The translations under genes were made by a program, and so were the position numbers. The notes under the pieces are model-generated. The model did no database searches and was not told where the DNA came from. It saw only the letters and a list, made by a program, of their open reading frames with translations. From positions 62,001 through 126,000 of the forward strand of contig LVLI01000035.1 in assembly GCA_001687465.1 (NCBI GenBank): 64,000 nt of DNA. The letters run 5' to 3'. Positions 24,709-36,900 of this stretch are shown here, in pieces (the stretch's first letter is position 1; every line of letters starts with the position of its first letter). This DNA is from Halocafeteria seosinensis. Taxonomy: Eukaryota.

Positions 24709-25209
24709 ATGGCTCAAATGTGGTTTTGCCGAACTTGGTACGTGTTTTGTACATCCATCATTGCTCGAAATCAATGACGAGGGCTCTTCTGAGGCTGCAG
24801 CTCGGACCTCCTTTACCCGAAATTGGAGACGTTGCAGGCAGGAGAAGATAAAACCAAACGCAAACTATTAAGCGTGTGCAAACGATGTGGATACAAAGGG
24901 GAAGCAGCTCCCGGTTTCGAGTGTGTATACAGGAATAGACTTGTTCGAACGGCAGAGTATGTGGAAACAGTAGTGCTGCCATTTTGTTCACGGCATGCAA
25001 TTCGGACTTGCTCTTGCAGAAATCATTTAGCAAAAGTAAAGGATGATATTGTCAGTGACCCCACTCTTCAGAGGGACGAGGTAGCATGCCCTCAGCCGGA
25101 CTGTGATAATAATGAAGCTGTGTTTTTTCAGCCCCCGCAAAACAAGGATGATGAGAAAATGCATTTGATCTTCGTGTGTACAGCTTGTCGACACAAGTGG
25201 CAAGGATGA
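24709..25209 (+). CDS. RPB9: RNA polymerase II subunit RPB9; introns 24738-24800 and 24957-25019
   Basis: FCRTC|SDLLYP...CKRCGY and SDPTLQR...CPQPDC...EAVFFQ...LIFVCTACRHKW. Lacks the RSADE motif of RPA12/RPC11. Confidence 0.92.
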
Positions 25210-25438
25210 GGAAACCAGTAGTTCAGCAGAGGTAGGATGTAGGAAGAATATAGAAGAAAAGACTTTATGTTTGGAGGTGCGACTATCATTTTCGTTGCGT
25301 TAGCTTCGAATAGGACTGGTCTAATGGGCATTGGTGTTGACACCTCAATTGCTCGCGCAAGCAGAACAGATAATAGCAACAAATCCTTTGCGTTTGGTTC
25401 ATGCCATTGCATATGGACGTGTACTGTCGGCGTCTGTA

Positions 25439-27145
25439 TTAACGGCGACCCTGTGAAATGCATCCTGCAGACTTTAAGGAGTCAATATAGTCTCCCTGCA
25501 TGCCACACCATTCTGATAGTATTTCATCCGTGTGTCGTCCATTTTCCAGATGAAACCTCAGCAGTTCCGGAGACACTGCAGGGAGCGTGCCCTCACCAGT
25601 ATCGTTGTTAAATTTGGGAACAGCTGTTGTGTGGTATCCTCCTTTCTGATCTAGTTGAAATAGTCCACGGTGGCGGATATGTTCATCAGCTTTTGCCTCC
25701 TCCAGTGAGAGGACGGCGCTCACACAGGCTTCTGTACCCTCGAATATTTGTAACCTGTATGCAGTTTTCAGTCATTCGAGTTACTTGCATGCATTTGTTA
25801 CCTGGCGATGCTTACCAATCATCCCGCGTTCGGCGCTCAAACGTGCTCTGAAGCCTTCGACGCAGCTCGGGCCACCTCTTGACATCCATTTGATGACTCT
25901 GCATTTTGACACGAGAAAAATCGTGAATTCAGCATATTATCTATCGCATCAAGGGTATGCATGTCTGCATGCTTACAGCTTCAGCATCGTCAAAATCCAG
26001 TCCCCGTAGGAGTGCCTTATAAAATGGAGGCTCGATCGCTCCTACGGCGAGGAATTGCTCGTCTTTAGTCTGGTACACGTTATAGAATGGTGCGCCTGCA
26101 AGAAATCCCTCACGAGTGCACGAGTGCCAGCTGGTGAAGTTTCAAAAGAACAAGGACGAAACGTACCGAAATCCAATAAATTTGCACCAACTGTATCTTG
26201 CCACCAGCCAGTTTGTTTTAACCCATGCAAAATGGAGGAAAGGTACACCAGTCCGTCCACCATCGAGCAGTCAATGACTTCTCCTTGCAACGTCCTAGTC
26301 CTCTTGAAGAGCGACATCATCACACTGACTGCAGATATGTATGAAAGTCGATATAACCTGAGCTACCAAAGAGAAAAGGGAGGCTCTGAGTGTTCATACA
26401 AGCACAAAGAAGTCCTCCGGCCGCGAAATCCCCGAGGAGATTGACTGGAGGAACAGGGGTGTCCTTCCGATCTTTTCGGCAAAGCTGCGTTGGAATTCAA
26501 AAAGTGTTCGAGGAAAATTTCATGGGAATGAATAGGTGTTGCTTACGTCAAGGATTCCCGAATCCGCGAGATAGTTGATATCATGTCCAGCATACGCTGA
26601 TTTCGGTCCCTCCTGGCCATATCCTGACAATCGCGCAATGATAAGCTGTTTATTCACGCCAAACAGCGCGCTTGGGGAGAGATGTAGACTCTCAAGCACT
26701 TGCGGTCGGAAAGGGTCCAGAACCACATCAGCATGTTTGAGCAATTCCAACACGACTTCGCGTCCTTGCTCCTGTTTCAGGTCCACGGCAACGGACCGCT
26801 TCCCTCTGCGAAGGCACCAGCACTCTTGCCACGTCTATGATGCCACCACCTGTAACTGCACTTGAGTGAGACTCCATAATCTTACCTGCATAATGTGTCT
26901 GGGTACTGTGGAGGTTCGAGGCGGTCGACTCGAACGACGTCAGCGCCCCAGTCCGCCAAGAGCATACCGGCAAAGGGGACGGGGGCCAATCCTGCTAATT
27001 CCACCACTTTGACCCCTTTTAAATGAGGCTCATCGCCACTGTGTTTCCATCGTCGTCCGCGTATCACCCGAGGAATGCGCAGTGCAGAGAAAAATAACTT
27101 CCTGCGACCACATTCCCCCAAGGACGATCGCATTGCCATGGCCAT
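25439..27145 (-). CDS. AMACR: Alpha-methylacyl-CoA racemase (CoA-transferase family III), multi-exon, with Arg-rich mitochondrial-type presequence
   Basis: [86 protein letters not shown]. Ends in GRR with no PTS1. Confidence 0.92.
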
Positions 27146-27221
27146 TCTGTATATACGTGTATATTGGCTGGTTTGAGCCCTAATGCCGTCCCTGTGCAAA
27201 CTCAAGAGAGAAATTACAAAC

Positions 27222-28167
27222 ATGACGGAATCTACTGGTTGTACTACAAGTTGTTTGACGAGCAAACGTGAATTCATCCTCACGATCCCCAGTTCGGGGG
27301 ATACTCCCATTTACACCTCTATCTACGTCCCTCACCAAGGCGAAGGAGACACAGTTCAACAGGCGATAGACAGGTATCCCAGCAAGAAATGTACAGTCCT
27401 GTGTCATGGACTCTTAAGTTCCCGATACGGATACTTCCTACCTATGCTGGCCGAGCGACTTCCAGGAATCGTTGTCGCTTTTGATTTTCACGGGTGTGGA
27501 GATACACGGGGGTATTTTTCCTTAGCAGGTGCGTAGTTGTATTTTATGATGGTTCTGCAAAGCAGCGGGAATGTAACGAGGCTGCTTTTGCTTGTAAGCA
27601 GGTTACGAGAATGATGTGCAAGATATTTTCGATGTCTGCCGCTACATACAAAGCGAACACCTTGGGCTTCAAGTTTCCGTGCTGGTAGGACACTCTCGTG
27701 GGAGCAACGACGTATTGTTGTTTTCTGCGAGGCACCATGATTTGGCGCCCTATCTGGAAAAAGTATCTGCCATTGCTGGAAGGTTCTATTTACATAACCT
27801 CTTTCCTAAAGTTTTTACCGAGAAGCAGCTTGAAGAACTAGAAAATAGTGGAGAGCTCCTTTGGAAAAATCCTATTCGGAATATGAAGGTGACTTTGGGT
27901 GAAAAGCAGACGGTGGAGAACCTGAGTATGGCTGATGAAGTGGGTACGATATCCGCTGCATTGCAGGTGCAAGTGGTGCATGGAACCGCAGATCGAAGAA
28001 TTCCTCCTGTTGATGCCTACCGCTTTCATGAGCACATTCCCAGAAGTGAGCTTGTGATGATAGAGGGGGCCAACCATGGTTTCGATAATGTCGACAATTC
28101 CTCGGGAACCCACAAAACCTCATCGGAATTGCTACTAGATAGTCTACTGCAATTCCTTCACGCGTAA
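27222..28167 (+). CDS. Alpha/beta hydrolase (serine hydrolase); intron 27529-27601; alternative ATG at 27183
   Basis: [16 protein letters not shown], nucleophile elbow [15 protein letters not shown] (Asp), IEGANHGF (His). Confidence 0.88.
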
Positions 28168-28182
28168 AGGGCAGTGATGACT

Positions 28183-30361
28183 TCATAGGTCCTCCTCCGC
28201 GTCAACATCCGTGAGGTTTATTCCTCGATAGAGTATGGGAATCCGCCGTGGAACCTGAGGTGCTATATTTGGAGGAGAAACTTCGATCTTGATTTCAAGC
28301 TCGGCTTTCATGCCGTTGATGGAGTACTCCAATGCTAAATGCCGAACCGTTTCCGTTACGTCCGCTAAGAGCCAAAAGCTGACGGTGTCGCGAAGGAAGT
28401 GTCCTGTGAGCAATGTTGAATAATAGTCCAGCGCAGCTTCCGGCCGAAAGACGGGGAATTCATTGTCGAGGCCCGTGAGTTTCCTCGACCAGTCAACAGT
28501 GGCAATCCCTTCGATAGATTCTGTTGATTTGAAGATTGTAATGCCTTTTGGGAAGCTTGTAAAGTGTCCTGTGAGCTGAGCGTGGTACCTCTCTGCTGCG
28601 AAAACGCGCACAGGTACCGGCTTTTCGCTTGTGACTCTTACTTGTGCGTGCAATGGAACAGTAGATACCTGCCATTGGATGGGTTTGTCAACGTTGGTGA
28701 TTGCACTAAAGTGTAGCGCAAAGCTCCGAGCGGGGTCTTTGACCTCGTTTAGCGCAGTAAAGCCGCGCCCGTCATTGAAGGACCAGTAACCAAGTAACAT
28801 TTTCTCTTGAAGCGGTAGCCCTGGATCCAGCCTGGTTAATGGAGTCTTCCCTAACTCCAAAGAATACCTCCAAAACAGGAGTTCGTCCATATCTCCTTCA
28901 AAGGTATTGCTGTAGGTGAATGACTCTAGAGAACGGAACGGAGAAAAACCTCCAACGATAAGTGGCGCTTCAGACATGCCTCCAGTCTGCGCAAGAGCCA
29001 TGTCTGCTTGTTCTACTCCGCTGTTATTTATGGCAATGACAGAATGTGTTCCGTTCCAGCTAATATCAAGCCGGTTCCATTGCTCTACGTTGACTGTGGC
29101 CTCGCTGTGCCAGATTTTGGACCAGGCTGCATTGAGGTATGTCACGTTGCTAGCGTCTGCAATTTGTGATTCTGTAGTGGCACCCAGTGTTAGCGTGACT
29201 CGCCAGCTCTCCGAAGAGAGGCTGGGGTCCTTTAGATTAATTCGCTTGGACAAACACAGTGCGTACTCTGGCTCTTCTAGTGTTCCTTTAGTGAATAGAC
29301 ACATGTATCGTCGATGTAGAGAGGGCGTGGGTCGAATCCACATCGATAGAGTGAATGACGTTAGCTTCGACAGTGCACCAATGGCGCTTCTGGATGAAAG
29401 CACATTCATTCCATTATGGGGAAAGTTGATTGAAAAGCCAGACGGGCTAAGAGAGAGAAGTTCCGGTGCCGCATACGAGATGGAGGCCATCATCCCTAGC
29501 AATTTTGGCGTCTTCAGCGGAGCATTGATAATAATAGCTTCGTCAATCAGACCCGAGAGGCCGCGCTCTCCTCTGTCGCTTCTTCCAAAGTCGAACGTGC
29601 CTATGAATGCCTCCGATTTCGTGGGCGAGGAGATAGAAGATCCATTAACGAAAAGCAGGCATCCATCGGGTCCATACGCGACGGCAACGAAGGTCCAGGT
29701 GTGATAAGGAACTAAGACCGTGGATGTTAAGAACTCTTGTTTCCCTTTGTCATGAGATTTACTGGCATAAATGGGTACGCCTGTGTCAAGCCCTGTGCTG
29801 TCGCTGGAGAGGAACAGTCCTCTGGGTTCGCCCTCGTAGAGGTTAGTTTGTGTAAAGATCGGACTGCAACCAATGAGCCTTGTAGTGAAGATACCTCCCG
29901 TTCACTCATTCGAAAAAGACTTACATGAACCTTGGAGAGTCAGTCACGCCTTTTGAACTGGGAATTAGGTTTATCCAGGCAGCCATCGTTATGTGCGGGG
30001 ATAGATGATGGGAAAGCGTATTTTCGTCTACTGTAACTTTGATTCTGGATGCTGAATCGAAGTACATGGCATGTCCTTGAAATGCTGATCTTGTTTCGAC
30101 GGCATTTTGAACTTGTGAAGTGGCTGCCAATTCAATCTGAGATGAGAGCATAGGAGAAAATTGACTTCTCAGAGGTAAATGCCTCGTAGAATTGGAATAT
30201 CTGTAGCCATGCGCTCCATTTTCGAAAGGGAAGTATGCCACCAAACTGGACAGCCCCCCTGCACTCTTCAAGCCCTCGGTGTATGGAATTACAAGAGTCC
30301 GAGCATAGGGAGCTGACAAGCACAGCCATGCGATAAAGACGATGCATGCTCTTGCAACCAT
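28183..30361 (-). CDS. Secreted protein with two LamG/concanavalin A-like domains; intron 29864-29924
   Basis: Signal peptide MVARACIVFIAWLCLSAPYA; LVAYFPFE, ITMAAWI, WTFVAVAY...LFVNG, FTLSMWIRP, FEGDMDEL, LLGYWSFNDG. The 61-bp GT-AG intron joins the ORFs in frame. Confidence 0.8.
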
Positions 30362-30929
30362 TTTATCTCGCCCCTATGTCGACATGTTGTAGTTTGTGTC
30401 CCGTTGCAGGCCTTGCTGGATCGTCGGCGCGAGCAATTTGGCCTCCATGCTGCTTTTTGCTCACTTTTTTGTTTCTTACGGGTCAACACTATTCTTTCTG
30501 ATTAATAGAATAGTAGAATGAGGAGCATTGCAATGTTGAAGGCGCAATGGCCAGTTGCACCGAGTAGCACAAATGATTGTTGCAATTCTTATGCGCAGCG
30601 CATTTGGGTGGTTCTGTCCAACCAATATGATGACAGACTATGATAGTTTGTTGGATGACGAGTATTTATATATCAGTCACATAGCCTAGTTTTAGCTTGA
30701 TCTTTTTCAGTGACAAGCTTATTCCTCACGGAGAGTATTGCATGCAGTGGGGGTTTGGAAGTCAACACCACTTCACGTTACCATTTGATTTGGTGTATCG
30801 TATGGGATCGATTTGGAACAGGGCCTGTAGTGGAACTCGATAAATGTTTTTGAATAGAGAGTAGCGGGGTATAGTGTAGGTATAGTTCCTCGGATTGCTT
30901 CTTCGTCGCAGGTTTTCAAGAGATGGCTT

Positions 30930-33900
30930 GTGAGCTGTCGGATAAGCGTAGGGCCCAAATTGGAACATGGATGTCTAGACCAATTTAAGTCCCCGGCACC
31001 AGACATAATGCCGGAACGTAGTGCTCAATTACGACCGCGTCAAGTGGACACGTTCCAGGTACCCTTGAACTGTGGGGAACGCTGCAGAGTGCACAACTTC
31101 AGTTGCTTCATGCTCCTGATGGCATGTGTCCTCATTGAATTAGAAGCCAAGGATATTTCCGGCGTTGAGAGATTGGAAACTCGAAGGTAGGCATTTTTAT
31201 TTACATTTTTATTGAATCAACAATGTACGACGCTGACGGTGAACGCAGAGGCCTTATCGATGTGTGGGAACCTGTTCCTCAGTCTTCCAATAACCTACTT
31301 AACAACCAAACCGGGGCTGTTCCCGTTCTCGAGCTGCCTTTCCTGAAAGCAAATGTTTTGGTGCGCCTTAACATGTCTCATATGGACCACGATCGCGCAA
31401 AGCGCCTTCAACTGGAATTTCCACACAACGCCGATGTTGCCGTCAAGCGCACAGGGACTTCAGACATAGAAGTCAGAGGACGATACACCTCAGTGAAACA
31501 GGCGATCCAATGGTTGCAGTTCGACGCGATAAATGCTTTTGGTAGTGGAGTCGTATGGGAAAACGAGTATGTTTTGGACTTGGTTGCCAATGATATGGGG
31601 AACTTTGGCAGCGGAGGGCCTGAGGAGGGTTCGAACGTTGTTCAGCTTAACTTGAAAACTATGGTGAGTTATTCCATCGAACGTGCTTTCCCAGTTTATT
31701 TGATGGTGGGTCAGACACACAAAGTTGAAATGGAAGTAGCACCTTATGTACCGCATGGGGCAAAATGTCATTTCAAGGGTTCAGAACAAGTTACGGTGTT
31801 AATGCCTGTATTTTGCGCTCGGCGGATTGTTATATGCGAGGTGGAAGTACCTCAGGCGACTGAAATACCTCAGGGGCAGCTTAGCGTTGTTTTCGAGCAG
31901 TCTGTCTCTCCTCCTCGAGCGGTCCACTTCTACCGCCGAGTAGGACTGATTGCGGCGCACATCGTGTATAGTGTTTCCACTGGTGTGTTCGTTAAGATAG
32001 AGGCTCGTACTGCTCTGAGAGAGGTTGGGACATATTTTTGTGCGTTCTTTCAAGTGCAAGATGGGAGGACCCAGAGAACAGAGAGTAGAGCCTTTAAGGA
32101 TTCAACGAGGTCTGTGCAATGCAACCTTCCACACACTTTGGTGCCTCCTAACGATGGAACAACCGTATCAATAGTGAGTGTCGTTGGCAGACAGTTATTG
32201 CTCCTGAGCGAGGAAGTAGCTGTCTCCTTCCCAGCACCTCCTGTGGTATACTCGGTGTTCCCAAGGCGCGTGTACTCAGATGTGGAAGCTACAGTCTATT
32301 TGTACGGTGACTTCTCCCGGAACAACAGCACTTCATGCTTATTTACATACTCAGACATGCGAACGAGAAGGGTTCCGTTTAACGCTATATCGCTCCAGGA
32401 GGGAGCATGTGAAGGACTTTTTATCCCCCCTGTGGAGACTAATCAAGTGCTACGCGTCAGTTTACTGGATAACTCTATGGGAATGGCAAGCGACGCTCTA
32501 GACCTTTATGTAGGCGACAGTGTACAGATTTTGGCGTACGAACAACTCAACCGAAGTATTGTTGTCAGGTTGAATCAAATTGTACTCGGATATCAATTTG
32601 CATGCGTCACTCCTTTTCTCGAGAACTCTCCTGCATTTCTGTTGAATGACACGTCTATCACCTGCGTTTTGCCCCCAGGGTCTCAAAACGGAAACCCATT
32701 GAAACTGGAAAAACAGATGAATATTGTTGGGCAGCAGCTAAAGATTTACTTCACCGAAAATGTACTTCAGTTTACAGTTCTGGACGCGTTTCCGTCGTCA
32801 ATCGTGCAGCGGGATGACAACGAAATTCTTCTTCACGTAAACTCGGTTAGCCCGCTTTCCATCATAAAGTGCCAGATCCTTGGAAGCCAGTGCAATGTAT
32901 CTGGGTATGCAGAGCTAATGCACGGGGACATAGTGTCTTGCCATTGGTCGTTTCCGGAGTTCTTGGACTGCTCAGGAACTACTCGCGTGTTGATATCTGT
33001 CGACACAGGGTCGGGCCCAAGAACTGCCGCCTCTTCGGTTATCGTGTACAAACCTCTTGTCGTAGAAGAAGTAGAGGCTGTTAGTTTTCAAGGAGAGGAA
33101 GAGATCATTTTAGCTGTTCAGCGCATTAATATTGATGGGAACACTAGTTCGCAGGGAGTAAGCTGCGAGAAGGGGTCCAATGTTGTAGAGGCTGTGTTGA
33201 CCTCGGACACAGAGATTCAATGCACGTTCCGCAGATCGGCCAAGGTGCGTAATGAAAATAGGAATTTGATCATATGGCTCTTTGGCCAGCTATGGGCCAC
33301 AACTACTCTTCCAAACGTGAAATGGCCGAGAGTAACAACTTGGACTCCATCTTCGTATGTCCCCTCGGCTGACATCAGTGTGAAATTTCATGGGAACTTT
33401 CCATTGCTAACGATGACGTATACTTGTGCGATTAACGGGTTTGGCTGCGTCCTGCAGCGCAGGAGTGATACAGAGATTGTATGTTCACTGTCGAACGATT
33501 CCCTCAGGAACCCGTCAGCCAATTTCTTTAATTTCTCTATCAATGTAGCACAGCATACAATGGCTACTGCGTCACTAAAGAAGGTAGAGCCTCCTCGGAT
33601 TGTCGTTGCAACGCCAACTGTGTTGTGGCGTGCAGAATTGCACTCTGTAGCTTTCGTGGGTGTCAACTTCTACTTTGATGAAAACCACTTAGAGTGCCAC
33701 TTCATTTCGCCGAGAAGCAGGTTTATCGCTCAGGCGAGAACCCTTAGTGATACCGTCGTAGATTGCGGACAAGTGGACACGGGTCAATATTTAGGCGATT
33801 TAGAAGCCACGCTTATTTATAAAGGGAAGAGAGTGGACGGCTCTTGCAATATAACCATTTTGGATGGGCATAGAATTACGGCTTCTTTTCGAGGGCCGGT

Positions 33901-36900
33901 CGTGTTGCCCCGAAAATTTGATGGCGTTGAGTTTTCGTTCGTTGTTGATACAGCAGGTGTTACAGAAGTTAGTTGGTCATGTGAGTTATGGGAATATGGT
34001 CACGTAGTAAATCGAATCCAGGCGGTAACACGAGAGCAAAATGTGCGTTGCTTTTTTGATCCAACACCGGTGGAGTGTAACAGCCTTCAACTTCTTCTTG
34101 TTCTAAACAAATCGATGGAAGTGGCAAACGAAACGATTTCGGTCTATGACTCTCCTTCCGAAATTCGAGCAAGTCCCTCAAGGTTGGGTGTGGATTCAGG
34201 CGAGCTCACTGTCTTTATTCGCGGTGGCTCTTTGACGGATATGCTGTTCCCACTGTACTGCCGAATAGGGGGCCACTTTTCTTTGCTAAGGCATTTGTCG
34301 AGCTACGAGGTATTCTCGGAGGCCCACTGTCACCTTTCGGCGGAGATGTTGCGCTCTTTGAATTCATCCGTGGGCAAGCATTTGTTCGTCACCGCCAACA
34401 ATCAAACATTCCATAGCACATCAGAGAGGGTGGTGATTCCAGGTACTAAGCGGCTCATTGGGTTTTCTGGCGTTAAATCGGTACCCTTGAGGGACACCAT
34501 AGATTTCTGGGTAGTCGAGGACCCATCTCCTTGGCAGAATATTCTGCAGTCAAAGAGGTGCACGTGCACGTTGCGCGGAAGCTATGGAGGCTTTGGCGTG
34601 ACTGGTGTCTCCCTGGCAGTGGACGGTAGGAGAGTAATGTGTGGTTTTGACGGGGATATTGTTCGTCCCGGGATCTACGATTTGCTCCTCCTGTGTGGAA
34701 ATAGCTCTATTTTGATTCCTCCTCGCTTACAACTTGTTGAACTCCCGAGCTACGAACCTCATCTCCATTTTACACTGTTTGCAGGAAGGACGGCCAATGT
34801 TCCGCTGGCAAACTTTGAAGACTTTCCGCTGGGACATATTGCGAATTTGATTTTCTGTAAAGTGAGCAGGAGTGTGTCTCCCATTACGCTTAGTGAAGGC
34901 AACATCGTTTGTCCTGTCAAGGTACATCGCAGTGTGGTCGCAGAACCGCTGCTATTCTCTTTAGCGGATAAGATTTGGCGACCAAGCGGGATAAAAGTTT
35001 CAGCCATCACTCTTCCCGCAATTCAGCGAGTCGCACCAAAACTGATTGTTTCCGGATCACCCGTTTTCGTTATTGGCTCCACTGACTCAGTGTTTCCCAA
35101 TGGTTTGACATGTAAGGTTACAGGTTGTTTTTCCTCCGAACTTTTCGACTTTAAGACCGTCGGCCCTGGAAAGGGTGTTTGTTTGATTGGAGTCGTCAGG
35201 GGATGTCACGACGTTAGCATATCTCTTGTTTCTTCCTCTCCAGACTCAATTGGTGAAATCTTTATTGCTACAGGAATGGTATCTGTCGAGCGTTTCTCCT
35301 TTAGTATGCGTAGTTCTACGATACTGACCAGCGGAGAACCGCATTTGGTGGTTTTCGAAGGAACTGAACTTCTTCCCTCTCTTCCGTACTCCATGGTCAT
35401 AGCTCGTCATACTGTGGAATGTTCCTTGGTTTCCGAGACAGAAGTGGGCTGTACGACTCCTCGACTGCACGCTGGAGACTATGTGTTGAGCATGGGATGG
35501 AAAGATGTGGATGGAAAACAACATGCATTTTTCTTGGAAAACGAGACAGTACACGTGGTAGAAGCACCGAGTCTCATTGACTCTATAGACCGCTTATCTT
35601 GGTTTAACACACAACACATTGTCATAACAGCGTTTGGATTATTTCCAAAAGGGGAGTGGCTGTGTCATTTAGGTGAACAAACAGTTTCCGCAGTTGTCGA
35701 GAGTACCGGCAAAATTACATGTCATTTTCCGCCCCAAAGAATGCCTGGCTCATATCCGCTTTCGATTGAAAGCATGGAACGAAAAGTGCTTCAGACTTGG
35801 CGTACTCCTGTTAATGTTTGCGCACTACCCAGAGTTCTACAAGTTGCTCCTCTTATAGTCGAGGAAATGGACCTTGCTGCTATTACGGTGTTTGGCGCGA
35901 ATCTACAGCAACCGGTGTTTTGCGTTTTTGGGGATACATCTAGCCGAGCTGAGGCGGTGTCCAACGCCTCTGTTCAGTGCAAGACTCCCGAGTTATTCGT
36001 TGGAGCCCATGCTTTCCGTCTTTTTGCTGGAAGCGCCGATGCTCTCGGGGTAGAGTTTTACTCCGACCTTATCCACGTTATCCCTGCTCTCCAGGTGAGG
36101 TCAAGCAGTCAAGACAATGCAAGGCAGCTAGAAGATGTAGCAATAGGGTCACAACGGCTTAGCTCTCATCTTGACGCTGGATCGAAGACTGGCAACGAGC
36201 CGTATCAGTTTAATATGTTCTGGGTGTACCCACAAAACGTTTCAAGGGATTTAAATCATGGAAACGACGAGGTACTTTCTCGTGGTATTCCCCTGCCGGA
36301 TTACACTTTAAGCAATGCTTGGGCTCTTTCTGATGGGAGTACGAACGTTAAGCTGACGTTCGTAGCTGATGTGGAACAGGAGTTAGGGTGCTTTTTCAGC
36401 AATGGCTCTCAATGGTCAAAAGCAGAAAGAGTAAGCAAACGTCAGTATATTTGCATTGTCCCTGCTGTATCTCCCGTGGTATCGACAATTAGCGTCGGCC
36501 AGTTTTTCCAACCCGCTACAAGTAAAACCTTCTCTCACGTTGAGATATTTGCATGCTTTGCTTCTGCGTCTACTATTGTTGATCGTGGGAAGCAGCATGA
36601 ATTTTATGTATATTGTCTTTCCAATCCTCAAATTACCGGCGTGTTGCGGTTATCAGTTTCCCACACGTACACTGCTGTCAGACATTCGGCGACGTGCAAG
36701 AGTCAGAGAGAAGGAGTATTTCTATGTAATCTACCACAATTGCTTGCTGGCGAGTGGCGGTACAAGCTTTTTGGGCCCTGTTTTAATTGTTTGGATGAGG
36801 TCGTACTGTCGAACGGCACACTAAAAGTAGAGCTCTCTTCCGGCGAGTTCCATGTCGCTCCACAGACGTTGCTATTGAACACAGGGAAAATGGTTCACTT

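Noticed and set aside
6530..25019. Stop-free in-frame introns (6530-6601, 11379-11447, 14922-14987, 24957-25019) as regulated intron retention
   Set aside because: A handful among the window's many ~65-bp introns is about what chance would give.
28183..31250. Programmed invertible segment fusing the LamG gene to the giant ORF
   Set aside because: No convincing inverted repeats at the boundaries and no recombinase gene; the giant gene has its own upstream exon.
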